DNA of 64,000 nt from Vicugna vicugna (Eukaryota). The stretch lies in the NCBI GenBank assembly GCA_013265495.1, contig MU058781.1, forward strand, positions 3,016,158 to 3,080,157. Reading direction: 5' to 3'. The notes below the pieces were generated by a model that saw only the letters and a program-made list of their open reading frames with translations, had not been told where the DNA came from and searched no databases. Of the stretch, positions 27,271-40,400 are shown piece by piece; the first letter of the stretch is position 1; each line of letters begins with the position of its first letter. Both the position numbers and the translations under genes were made by a program.

Positions 27271-30082
27271 ACATACAAGTCTTTATGGAAGCAGAGAAAT
27301 TTCAAAAAACGTAGAGAACATGGTCCCCAGACTTGAACAGGTTTTGCTAATAGATCTCATATCTTTCAAATAATTTTAAAATTAAGCACAATATTACATA
27401 AACCAAAATACTAGTCCTTCTGGGTAGAGAAGGCACTATGCAATGTTATGTTAGCTATTAAGTAGTATTAAATAGTATTGCATCCATCTTTATCCAGGCA
27501 TCAATTCAAGGAGAGCTAGGTATTCAAGCCTTAAATGAAGAATCAGAACAAAGGCATAAATTGTTATAAGAAACATGTCTGGCTTGAATGCCTAGGCATG
27601 GAACCATCTCTTTGGGAAACCACCACCTTTGGGGTATGGCTGCACAAGTTGTGACCTTCACAATTCCATAATTCCACTAACATGACAATGATGTAAATGG
27701 TGCACCACTGTCTGAAGTTGCACTAAAGACCTAAATTAAGCAGCAATGATGGTAAAAAGCTAGGCAGCTTATGGACCCCACAAAATTATCCAAATGGAAA
27801 AAGAAATCAATATCAAAACTGTACAGAATGGACAGCTCCTTTAATTACAAGTTTAAGCAGAGGGCACTAAGATGTACCAATAACAGTTCCTCAGATTCTT
27901 GGTTCTCTAGGAAAGCATGTCTATGTATAGAAAAGAAAAAATATCTTAGCCACTACATACTAAATTTAGTTATAATAAAAAGTCCAAAAGCCTTTTTGAT
28001 ATGTTGGTATTAAGCCTATTTAAAATATGCAAGTTACTACTGCAATCTTGTTGGCTCGATATTATAGTTAATAACATTCATCTTCATTATTTACATTTTG
28101 TATTTTCTACATGAATGGTTTTTAGTAACATCACTCTAGTGACGTCATACTGGGTTTAACTGCAAGGTGTAAATGTTCTTATATTTCTAACTCATGTTAG
28201 ATATGCAAAACAGTGACATATATACTTCATCTGTACAGCCCAGATTCTTAATCTGTCTGACAATACAATACCAGAATCAATTTTTAACAAAAATTCAAAC
28301 ACCTCTAGCATAAATGCAGAACCAGTTACCCTTAGGATCAATACTGTATTTATCCACAGCCTGTGAGGATGCCTGACAATGATAATTTTTCAGAAAGATT
28401 TAAAATAATAATGGGACACCATCTCTAATCCTTGGAAACTTTCATAAATACAAATAAACATGCTTTTACTAGTACTTTTTAACTTTTACTAGAAATGATT
28501 TAAAACTTATGGAAAAGTTGCAAAAATAAGATAGTTCAAAGAATACTTGTATACCCTTTATGCAAATTCACCTGTTGATAGTATTTGACCTCATTTGATT
28601 ATCACTTGCTGCCTCTTGTCTCTAATCTATTATCTGTCTGCTGATAGATGGATCAATTGATCTATCCAGAGAAGAGTGTAGAAGTGTATATGTAGAGATG
28701 GAGAGAGAGAGAGACAGACAGACAGAAAGAAGGAAGAGAGGAAGGGAGACAGAGAATATATATGTGTTATATTAATAGGTTATCATTCATTAATGGACTT
28801 AATTGTTTTTTGTGCTCAAATTGTCCCAGATTTGGCCACTGCAAGACCCTTCAAGCTGGCTCCTGTGTTCTGTGACATGCTTCCTTATTGGGGAGGAATG
28901 CTGTCTTGTTTCTGGCATGACCAGAAGCCCACTATCATCATTCTTTCTTTATTCCTTATATTCATTTCCAATCTAGAAATTGGTCATCAGTTTCAATGCA
29001 CCACAGAACACTGGGAGCAAATACTTAAAAGATTATTGCTATAAGAGATAAATATGATGACAGACTAAAAGTAAGGCTGAATCTGAAACAAAACTTACAG
29101 AATTTTGACACAGTGAAAGGTTGAATTCACAAAGATGGCACAAGACATTAAGAAATTATTTTAAGTAATCAAATCAAGCCAAATTAAATTGATTATTATT
29201 AATAGTATGATTTTGCAGCTTTGGTACTTAAATGCAATAATTTTCAAATTTATTTTCTATTTTAATAAGATAAAAGCTTTTTTAACGTCAAAAAACCTTG
29301 TGCATTTATTTTTAAATTGATAATGATTGGTATCAAATAGCTATGATATTCCACATCATTAGTATGATATCCCCCAGAATGTATTTGTTTATAAGAACGA
29401 TGTAACTGTTTTATTTCTAAATATGTAGCTGATGGTAGCTAGCAAATTTTTGTTAAAGTAAGCCTAATTCTGTGAGCTAGAGGCTTTCTAAGATTTATTT
29501 TTAATAGTATAAAACACATGTAGAATGATGTACACAAATATAAAATATATAACTTGATACTCTAGCTCTGGTTATAACATGCACGTAAAGGTCTTTAGTA
29601 TTAAAATGTTGACTGGCTTTAGGGAAAAAAAAAAAAAGAAAACAGTCCTTATCCTGAGTCAGCAATCACATTAAAAAGAAGCAATTTAAAAAAAACAAAA
29701 CTATATTTGGAAGTTGTTGAGGTCACTGTTGAACTCAGTCCTTTCTACCTGCACAGCCACATCCACACAGGCACACACACAATCATATGGGTATTGCCAC
29801 ATGATGGAAACAGTATGAAGGAAAAGAAACAGCTTCTAAGGGATGCATAGTTACATCAAATAGACTTGAATAACATGAAATAACTTGAGAGAAGTATGGA
29901 TGCCATGTGGTTTCCTAAATATGATTTATTATAAATCAAGGGAACAATGTATTTTCTTAGATTAGGAGACAAAATACGCCATGGATATTTATGAAAAGAA
30001 GTAGAGATCCAAGAATGGCTATAAATACTCAGAGTATTAGAGCTAAGTAGAGCATTAAGGTCATGTTATCTGACCTTTGCAT

Positions 30083-31858
30083 TTTTTTCCTTTCAATTTT
30101 ATTGAGATATAATTGACGTATAGTACTGTATAAGTTTAAGGTTACAGCATAATGATTTGACTTACATACATCATGAAATGATTACTGTAGTAGGTTTAGC
30201 GAACATCCACCATCTCATATAGATACAAAAGAAAAGAAAAGGAAAAAATGTTCTCCTTGTGATGAGAACTCTTGGGATTTATTCTCTTAAAAACTTTCAT
30301 ATATTAGATGCAGCATTGTTAATTGTATTTATCATGTTGTGTATTATATCTCTAGAACATATTTTTATTATAACCTGAAGTGTGTACCTTTTGACTGCCT
30401 TCATCTAATTTCCCCTCCCGCTCCTACCTCTGGTAACCACAAATCTGAACTCTTTTTCTATGAGTTTGTTTGTTTTTGAAGTATAGTTAACTTACAACAT
30501 TATGTTAATTCCAGGTGCATAACATAGTGATTCCATATTTCTATACATTTCAAAATGATCACCACTGACAAGACTGGTTAAAATGTCACCATACAAAGAT
30601 ATTGCATAGTTATTCATTATATTCCCCCACACTGTACATTTCTTACCTATGACTAATTTATTTTGTGACTAGAAATTTGTACTTCTTAATCTATCTCACC
30701 TATTTCTCTCACCCCTTAATCCCTTCCCCCCGCAACCACTGGTCTTTTCTCGGCATCTACAACTCCACTTCTATTTAGTTATATTTGTTCATTCATTCTG
30801 CTTTTTAGATTCCACATAGCATCTGTCCTTCTCTGTCCCCTCCAGGTGCATCCATGTTGTCACAAATGGCAAAACCTCATTCTCTTTCATGGCTAAGTAA
30901 TATTCCACTGCATGCATATATATACCACATCTTCTCCATTCATCCATGATGGGCACCCAGGTTGTTTTCATACCCTTGAATATGTAAACAATCGTGCAGT
31001 AGATATAGGGGTGGACATATCTCCTCAAATCTGTGTTTTCATTTTCTTTGGACAAATAAGGGCAGAATTGCTGGATTGCATGGTAGTTCTAGTTCCAATT
31101 TTCTGAGGAAACCCCACGCTGTTCACATCCTTGCCAATACCTGCTATTTGTTGTCTCCCAAATAAAAACCATTCTGACGGGCATGAAGTGACAGCCCACT
31201 ATGGTTTTGACTTGCATTTCCCTAATTATTAACGATATTGAACATCTTTTTATTGACTACTGGCCATCTGTATGTCTTCTTTGGAAAAATGTCTGTATGT
31301 CATCCTCTGCCCATTTTTTAATCAACTTTTTTTTTTGATGTTGAGTTGTATGAATTCCTCATATATCTTGGATATTAACTGGTTATCAGATATATTATTT
31401 GCAAATACCTCCTCCCATTCAATGGGCAGCCTTTTAATTTTGTTGACAGTTTCCTTCACTGTGCAAAAGCTTTTTAGTTTGGTGCCATCCCAATGTGTTT
31501 ATTTTTGCTTTTGTTACCCTTGCCTGAGGAGACATATCCAAAAAAACATTGCTAAGACTGATGTCAAAGAGCATGCTTCCTGTGTTTTCTTCTAGGAATT
31601 TTATGGTTTCAAGTCTTACAGTTAGGTATTTAATCCATTTTGAGTTTATTTTTATATATGGTGTGAGAAAGTGTTCTAACTTCATTCTTTCACATGTAGC
31701 TGTCCAGTTTTCACAACACTGATTTGAGAGGCTTTCTTTTCCCCCATTGTGTATTCTTGCCTCCTTTGTCATAGATTAATAGACCATGTAAGTGTGGGTT
31801 CATTTCTGGGCTCTCTATTCTGTTCCGTAGACCCATGTGTCTGTGTTTGTGCCAGTAT
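30083..31858 (-). mobile_element. Older degenerate 5'-truncated L1 (3'UTR plus distal ORF2)
   Basis: ORF-track fragments [30 protein letters not shown] and VEYYLAMKENEVLPFVTTWMHLE are homologous to ORF2 but broken; T-rich 3' end near 30083-30105. Confidence 0.9.
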
Positions 31859-34800
31859 AACCTTCACATTCTCATAGCTGGGGTGACTGAGTGACATGCC
31901 CAGTGTTACTTGAAGAGACAGCGGTAAGAACTGAGAGCAGCACCCACCATCCCTGATTCCCACCACAGGGCTCTTCCCCTGATGTTACTCAGCTGGACAT
32001 TTTATGACAATAGGTCACATGTATGAAAGAAATCCCGAAGAATAAAGAATGTGGAAACATTGGGACAAGCCCACAAGAGTAAATTTTCATACAGGAGTGA
32101 ACCCTTCATACAGGATAAGAGAGATACATGAAATGGGACTTTGTCAGGAAGTTGTTATTAAAGAACTAAGATGGAAGGGGAAAAAAGAGGCTAAGTGGAA
32201 ACAGAATGTTCTCATTCTTAGTAAATGAGATAAAGAAGACAATAAGTTATGGAGACCAAAAAATGGAAGATAACAGTCAGCAATGAAAATATAAAATAAT
32301 TCAAGAACATGGAGATAGGTGTAGTATTTTCATGTCACTTTTGTAAAAAGTGTGTATCTAGAATTATTTCAATAATAATAGTTCATATGAAAGAGATTAT
32401 ATGAAAATACATTTAAATTCTTGAGAAGAAAGATAAACCTAAAACCTTAACAATATTAAGTTCCTAATGCTTTAAAATGTTGAATGAGTGAGAAACAGGA
32501 ATTCAAAGATGTACTTCTCTATATCAAGAACCATTATTATGTAATATCAAAGGGGTGCAGAGAAAACTAAGACTAGGTATTCCTTCAGGTGATTTTATTG
32601 CTTTTTAGAGACATGGCAGATGAAGGAAAATACAAGGGGGGGTGGGAAAATCCCAAACAATTTGAGCAATCAAATACCACTGCATGAACTCAAAGAGATA
32701 TATAGTTCATACAGTATTCAGAGTTGTTTGCGTTGATTTCCCTACTTTTGTACTTCCTTAAGAGCTTGAACCTAAATGTTATAATCATAATATTGGTTTG
32801 CAGCCCTATTAGTCATCTAAAAGCATTAACCTTCATGGTTCATTTGATGAGCCAAATGCCCCTGCTGTGCCTCTTGGGAGAGGAGGTATCCATTTTTAAT
32901 CTATGTTTTAACAGAGATAAATGGGGCATAGTAAGGAGGCAAATGTTACAGGAAAATGAATTTAAAATGTGGCTAGTCAACCAAATATGTATACTTACTA
33001 AATCAATATACTGGTTAAGGACACAGGATTCAAAATCAGGTAGACATAGATTTGGTCCCCAGTTCAACTACTTATTTATTTGTTAGTTACATAACTCTCC
33101 TTCACTACTCTTCTTCTCTTTTCTTCCTCCCTCCTCCCTTTTCCCCCTCCTCCCTCCTTTTATTCAAAAGTATCTATTGAGCATTTACTCTGTCCTGGAT
33201 TCATGCCACACACTGGTGGGCCAGTTATCTTATATACCTGAGGGAGAACATGGAAAGTTTATAGGGAAGAAATTTGTGGTGTGCAACACAAGGAAAGGTG
33301 CAGATGCAAAAATGAGCCAGACTTGTTGGGCAACCCTGAACAGACTGGAGGGAAATAATGGGAGATGAGTTTGGAAAGATAGATTGAAATCGGATTATAA
33401 AGGGCCCTGGCTGCCAGGGTAAGCAATTTAAAATTAACATGCAGGGAACTGGCTAACAATTAGAATTCCAGTTAGGAAGTTAGACTGGAAGAGGAAGGCC
33501 AAGGGAGGAGATGATTTCGAGAAGGATAGATTACCACATACTTCAAAGAAGCCAAGAAAAAAATGGATTTAACTATTGAAAGGATATTGATGACCTTTAA
33601 AATAACTTTGAGTGGTGGGGATAAAAAGTTGTGGTAGGGGTGAAAGAAGGGAATTAAGATTGGAAAAATGGAGCCCATGAGACCAAGAGTTCCAGTGGAA
33701 GGTTAAACAGAATGGGGAAGCAGCAGTCTGGTAGGAACTGAGAAAGCAGCAAGGCCAAGTGCAAATGAAGAACTACTACTTGTGTGTGAACTAATAGACC
33801 AATGTAAAGAGATCGCAGATTCTAGGATGCAAGAATACAGGATGAGAGTTAGAACTGACAGCTGAAGTGGAGAGGGAAGTCTTGCAAGGCTGAAGCAGCA
33901 CTTCATCCTCTGAGAGGGGCATGACTTGACACTGAGATTTCCTTTGTAGCGGGAAGGGAATCGAGGTAACATTTATCTGTATCCTCCAGGTGGGCTCTTA
34001 TTAGAAAGAAAAGTGGCAACATCAGGCCACAAAAAGACCAAGTGACTGAAGCTGCCAAAAGACAAACATAAAAGAGTTGAGCCCATCAATAGGTTCAGTG
34101 GGAGTATTAAAGCATTCTGATTCACACTCCAGAAACCCTTCTAGTTTTTCCTGCTGTATAACATGAGAAGGTCACAGTGCAAACATTCAAAGAAATGTAA
34201 GGTGCCCTTGATCTTCACCCCCTCCTTCAGAAACAGTAGTGTAGAGTTACAGAGACTACAGAATCCAAAGGCTATTATCTGTGCTCTAAGTCACCAAATA
34301 AAAAGTTGAAGGTTAAAATGAATGGGTACTTCTATAGAGATAAACACATCCTAGAAGTCAGTGGTGGTAAGAAGGCCACTGAGTTCTGTGTGAATATGCC
34401 TAGTCTACATTCAAAATATCAACTCTAGAAACTTTACTGCCAAACTGCTCCCGAAGTTGTATACACTTTTCCTCTGCCCGCTACCTCTCAGGCTCAAGGA
34501 GGGCCTGCATGAGAGCTTCTGGGGATTCTGTATCGGGTTCTGTCTTTAAGAGAGCTTCAGGCTGGGAAAGAGGGAGCAGAAGGCTGTTCTGTGTACGGTG
34601 CTCTCCTCCATGACCACCTGGACCTAGGCTTGCACCCCAAAATAATAATTCCATGCAAGGAGAGCGAAAGCTGGGATATCTGGTTGGACATCCTCAGACT
34701 GGAGGATCTCATGGGTTAAGGAGACCCTAGTGGGCACCTGAAGAGCAGAGTAAGTGCGTTTGGCGGGAGAGGGCACAGTGCTGACTGAGCATCTTTGCTT

Positions 34801-34987
34801 TGGAGTCTTCCCTTTCGCATAAGGCTATCTGTGCCAAGAGCTGAAAATTGGGGCTGCGGGCAGGAGGTGGGGTGTCAGTCTGAGCACTGACCCGTTGGCC
34901 CTGAGGCTGGGGAAGGAGTTAGGGGGAGCCCTGAGCGATAGCCAGGGATAGCCTGATCTCTGCTCCAGTCCACAAATCCTTAACGGA

Positions 34988-35214
34988 TTTTCTTTCTCTC
35001 CCTTCACCCTTTTCTCTCCTTTGCTCTCTTTCTTTTTCTCTCCCTCTTTTCCCCCCTTTTTCCCTCTTTTTTCCCCTCCCTCCCTATCCCTTTCCCTTCC
35101 TCTCCCATCCCCCTCTCCCCTCCCCCTTTGCCTGTGTGAGCCTCTTCCTTTCCCCTCCTCCCCTTTTCCGCCTCTCTCTCTCTCTCTCTCTCTCCCCATC
35201 TCCTTCTCCCTCTC
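34988..35214 (+). repeat. ~230-nt polypyrimidine low-complexity tract including a (CT)n run at ~35172-35194
   Basis: Almost pure C/T directly upstream of the 35217 acceptor. Confidence 0.9.
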
Positions 35215-35216
35215 AG

Positions 35217-35363
35217 CTCGCCGGGCGACCCTGCTCCTGCCTCCCACATTAATGGCGGCATCTTCGGAGGACGATATAGACCGGCGGCCCATCAGAAGAG
35301 TCCGCTCCAAGAGCGACACGCCGTACCTCGCGGAGGCCAGGATCTCCTTTAACCTAGGGGCAG
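35217..35363 (+). CDS. PHACTR1: PHACTR1 second coding exon (147 nt, phase 1-1)
   Basis: Very long pyrimidine tract then tctcAG at 35215-35216; encodes (A)[48 protein letters not shown], in frame with the upstream exon; donor GCAG|GTAAGG at 35363/35364. Confidence 0.95.
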
Positions 35364-36482
35364 GTAAGGACGAAGCTCTTGCCTTGCTCTCTTCCCCACC
35401 CCGCCTGGCTTCCTTCCCTCCTCGCCGGCTGGCTCAGCCCCCTGCCCCTCCTTTGGTCTTCCCCTCCCGGCAGTGCCCTCCCCTCCCGCCCCTTTTCCTC
35501 CCCAGCCTGGTGCCTGTGCTAGCTCTCTTTGTGTGCAGAGTAAGGAGGGGTGTGTGCGTGTGTGTGTTTTGCGGAGGTGGGGGAGGGTAGTGCTCGGAGC
35601 CCTACATCCACCCAGGAGTCACACGCAGGCTTTCCCCTTCCTTGAAGAGAAGAAAGTGTTGTCACTGGTAACAATGATCGTGGGCGTAGCCAAGAGCTGG
35701 GTCGGTTTGCAAGTGTGCTGTCTGTGGGCGGAGGGTCTGGCAAGGCTCCGCTGGTGTGGTTTGCTGGTGGGGTTACTGAGAAGGTAGAACTTGTTGGTGA
35801 CATTCAGACTGTGGTGATTTTGCTGAGTTTATACCACTGCTGCGGTTTTGGAGTGAAGAGAGGGGTGGGGTTAACAGATGGGAACAGGACCAAAGAGTTG
35901 GCAAGCAACCATAGTGATGATGATAATAATATGGTCTATAGGATACATGTGGGGTGATAATGAAGTTGTCACTAGGACTGGTGCCCAAAGTGGCCCAGAT
36001 GGAATTAAGAGAAAAAGATAACTGAAGTAGAGGAGGGAGAGAAAGAGAGAGGGAAGGAGAAGAGAAGAAGGAAGGGGGAGGGAAAGAAGGAACCACAAAG
36101 ACCACTGAGGGATTCAGGGAGTCAGACTGCTTTGAGACCTGTCAGGGTTATCTGAAAGGAAGCACCCAGTGTTTGCTGTCTCCACTGCTGCTGCTCCAGG
36201 TTCACAGGCAGACCTCACCTGCTGTTACTAGCAGGTGGTCACTATCACTGGGAGGAAGGTGTTCACCACTAACTTCGCATTGCTGCCTCTTCTGAAAGAT
36301 GGCTAAGTCTCTACCCAAGATTGCATCTCTTCCTTTCTAGAGCCCCTTAGTATTCTAGCAACTCCAGTGCAAAAAGAGCAAGGGCATTTTCCTGAAGATG
36401 CACCTTCAAAATAAGTTTAAAAAGCAGATGATACTTTTTTTCTTTAGGAAACTAAACCCTTGGTAATGGATCTGAATCAAAA

Positions 36483-36508
36483 TGTGTGTGTGTGTGTGTG
36501 TGTGTGTG
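36483..36508. repeat. (TG)13 microsatellite
   Basis: Read directly. Confidence 0.95.
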
Positions 36509-37414
36509 CAAGTGCACATGCACATGCTGGACTAAAGAGAAACTTCAGATAATGACTATTTTATACACTATTGAGAAGTTTGAACAAAAGAGAAAACTCT
36601 GCATAGAGAAACAAGATGTGTGACTGGTAGGTTGGTTACTGAATGTGCCAAAGTTGCCAGGTTCTTTGGAGTTTAATTTTCCTACCTTGGTGATTTTTTT
36701 TAAAATTCTGTGTTTCCTTGTCACTCCTGAAATGTTTGCCTCTCTGGATTTGGGACTGGGAGAAAGAGGACTTTATTTGCGGTTTTTGTGGTGTTCTGTA
36801 GTAGCCTGTATTCTCCCCGTGGAACTATTAATCCTTCACTTGTGTGTTCCCGATTCAGAATATAGTTGTGAGAAGTCTTGGGAAGGACTGAAAAGAGTTT
36901 CTTTTAGTGTTGAGATTGTTTTCTGACCCAGCAATATTAAGAATTATTCCTTTGATTACATTGCTGCCAAACTCTGGTATATTCCTTTAGTGTCTTTGGC
37001 TTAGCACAGAAGGAAAAGGGCGAAAGAGGCAGTTAATAAATGTTGTTTACCTTCCAGTGCTGCTTTTACAACGAATAATAAAATAAAGCACAAAAAAAGA
37101 ATTTTAAGTTTCTGCTACTACTGAATTAGGTTGAGCCATTTTGCCACCAGATTAAACCCAGTGACTTGCAGTCTTTTATTCTGGTTAAATTGCTCTGGAG
37201 GCTAATGAAAAGATTGGACTTTTCAGGTTGGACTTGTCGCCTTTTCATCTGGAAATAAACAAGCAGAACAAGCTCCCAGTCCCTTACATATGTCCCTTAG
37301 AATATCCTTAAAAGCAAAGTGTCAGGAAAGACAGCAGCAAGAAAGAGATGCGGTGGGAGAGGATGTTTGTCAAGGAGGGAGGGCAGTCGCTGACGGCTGT
37401 GTTTTGCGGTTAGG

Positions 37415-37440
37415 GGAGCTGTCCTCTCGGTGGTGCTGAA
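37415..37440 (-). promoter_or_regulatory. Non-canonical RE1/NRSE (REST site) with 7-nt spacer
   Basis: Minus strand reads TTCAGCACC-ACCGAGA-GGACAGCTCC: a perfect left half-site and a near-perfect right half-site of the RE1 consensus (TTCAGCACCnnGGACAGCGCC), in the correct order, inside a small CpG-retaining patch. Confidence 0.7.
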
Positions 37441-40400
37441 GCGTAGGGCTGTGTGACACAGACAAGGCTGTAAGCTGGACAGCAGAGGAAGGAGTGCTCA
37501 GTCTCTCTTCGTGATGGAATCCCATGGAAAAGGCACAATATCTGGCCACTGAAAACTTTTCTATCCCTGCCCACCTACGTTTGCCGCCTGTTTACTACAC
37601 CTTACGCCTACTACTCCACTGTTCAAATCGGGAGGGTTTGCTCTAATTTTGCACCGGCTGCTCACTCCTGGGGCTTTGTTTATTTTCCAGCTGGTTGTGG
37701 TTGCTTTCCTGACATAGTAAGATCTACCCGCAGATGTGCATTTCCCCTGCATTTAAAAGTAATTGTAACCCCTGGTTTAAAAAGCAAACAGCCTTGTTTA
37801 TCTCCTTGAGCAGAAAGTTGTAATTAAACTATTAGTGTCGTTATCAGCATTGCTGAACAGAGGAGCCTGCACACTCTGGATAAATTACATAATTTGGGCA
37901 TAGAGAGAATTTTGTTTGTCTCTTAACAACAATTTATAAACAATTAAGCAAGGAAGCTTTTATCTGCCCTTCCTTTCCACTCTTCTCTATCCCTAGCACT
38001 TACTCTTTATTCTTTCCAGAGAAATTCTTTATTGGTTTAAGCTATTTATGTTTAATATTTGCTTTCTTATACCCACTCATTATATATAAGTCCATGTTTA
38101 ATGTTTTAGTGGTTCAGCAGTGCTTCAAGGAAATAAATACACACATATTCATTTTACTTGGATATCATGAAATCATTTGGGGACCAACTCCCTTAAAACT
38201 AACCTGTACACTTGCCAAATAAAGTGGCCTGGGCATTTTAAATGCTGATTAAATTCTTAAGCATTTCTTCAACTATACCGTGTCCTTAATGGTACATAAT
38301 AATATCATTTCAGAAATAACTCCACAGCTTGAGTGAAGGATATAATCCTTCACCTGCGGTCCCAAGTCAGTCAAAGAATGTGGGAACCAAAATGTGGGTC
38401 TTTCATCACTTTGTGAAGATGCTAATTTCAGGGTTCATCTTAAATTGAAAGACTAGAGAACAGAAATTGTCTGAACCATGACTTTACTTTTCTAAAAGAG
38501 CCCCTTTTGTAGGTTTTTAACTTCTGTTTAGCATTTAGCATATTATGAAAACATTGATAGATGACTGCTGAAGATCATGTAAATTCTAGAGAGAATTAAG
38601 CCAATGTATTTCCTGAAAGTTACCCAGACACATTAGATCTCATTTAGAACACTGGAAGAAGTTTTTTTCCTGAGAAATTCAAATGTGTTAAAAGGACATC
38701 GTGTAACAGAACAGTAAGTTCACACTATTAGTAGCAAGTGTTTCTAACTGTGTTCTCACTCAGTAATGAACATCACTGATGTTTAGCTTGTAATAACTTA
38801 CCCTGCCTTATGAGGTCATCCATTCCCTGCATGGAAGTGAATGCAGTGTAGAGCTGCAGCTCATCTGGCGAATATTTTCCTATGGGCTAATGTATTTATC
38901 TTTATGTTAACAAAAGAATATTTGATACATAGAAGATACTGAAACGAAAAGGTTCTCCATAATTACACACCAAAATAAATGAAAGTTATGATAAATGGAA
39001 GATTTAAGCACATCTGAACTTTCTCAGAGGGCAGTCAAAAGAGGGAAGGCTAGCCATTGTGATGTTTAAGATTGCTAAACACAAAACCAGCCATTTTGCA
39101 TTATTGAGAATAATAAGTTCTTCTCTAGTCATAAGTACATTTAAACTTTGTTGACATTTCAGAATGGCTTTGTACTTATGGAGGAGATTTTAAATAGCAT
39201 GGTCAACCCCAGAATACTTATCCTCTTTGGAAGGCTGAGATCTGTTCTAGTTCCTGATGTTAGCCAGGGATAGTTGTTTCTGAGTGCCATTGGTCTCCTC
39301 TGCTCTTTCAGGCCCAGAAGAAAATTGCAGTCAAAATTCTCTTGCTCTGCCTACCTGTAAGAATGGATGGGTCAGTCACATTAAGTTTTAAACTGAGATC
39401 CCTTTCCTACCTTTTTGAGGAGGAAGACCTTTATCCCTTAGCTAAATTATAAAAGTCCTTGGTATTGAGAAGTGACAGCCCTTAGTGTGCTATCATTTAG
39501 CAAAGAGAACTGTTGCTAGGCAAAACTGAGACTATTGTCATGCTGAACCAAGATTGTCTCAACAATCTGAAGCTCTTGGTAAGCATCCTCCTTCACTCTC
39601 TGAAGAATGCCAATGTATCCTTCAGAATATTCTTGTCATTGATTTCAAATTGAAGGCAGGTATATGGGTCTGGCTTTTATTCGGTGGGTCCAAAATCTCC
39701 TTTAAATTATTGCTTCTGGCATTCAGTAGCCAGAATCCAAGTGGCTGACTATGTAGCTGACCAGGAGCCTTTACTGTGGGACTCTCTGAGGGTTTGCCCT
39801 CCTCTGTGCCATTGGCAAAGCTAGCTGACCTGATAATCCCATTATGTCATGCATTGAAGTGGTACTAATGATGACCACTCCAGATAACACAAATAATATA
39901 CACACAGTACAGAAAAGTAAGTAACACTATGACAAAATGGAAGTCATTTGCCATAAATCTAACTTGGCTGCTTGTCATGTCACTGTTTCAATAATTCATA
40001 CATTTATGAGACAACTCAAACACAAAATCTGCATTGCATAGTTAAATTTTCTTAGGATCTTTTAATCTGGGCATTATTTTAAAAATTTTAAAAAATATCT
40101 AACTATTATATTTACTATTATCACTAAATGCTAAGTTTCTTGCTTGGTTTGTCTGTATATGCCCATATATTTTAATTTCATGGAAGACTATGAAGGTATG
40201 TTTATATGAAAAATTAAGAATCAAGGTTGATTCTAATCTCTTCCTCTAAAAACATAGGCAAGTCATTTAACCTTTCTGAGTTTGATTCACTCAGCTCTAA
40301 ATTCTTAAATCTCGAAAGTCCCATCCAATCTAAAAAATTTGTATGAATAACTGGTACTTCTAGCTTTGCTAGTGGATACATACTGTGCCACTGATTTTAC

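Noticed and set aside
34825..35319. 164-aa and 85-aa G/E/R/K-rich minus-strand ORFs
   Set aside because: Translation artefacts of the polypurine strand of the pyrimidine tract.
35021..35590. 189-aa ORF as a standalone gene
   Set aside because: Non-ATG start and low-complexity flanks; only the splice-bounded 35217-35363 part is real PHACTR1 coding sequence.
38333..38353. 9-bp hairpin GTGAAGGAT-ATA-ATCCTTCAC (similar 8-bp hairpin near 49928-49947)
   Set aside because: Too short for a pre-miRNA and plausible by chance in 64 kb.
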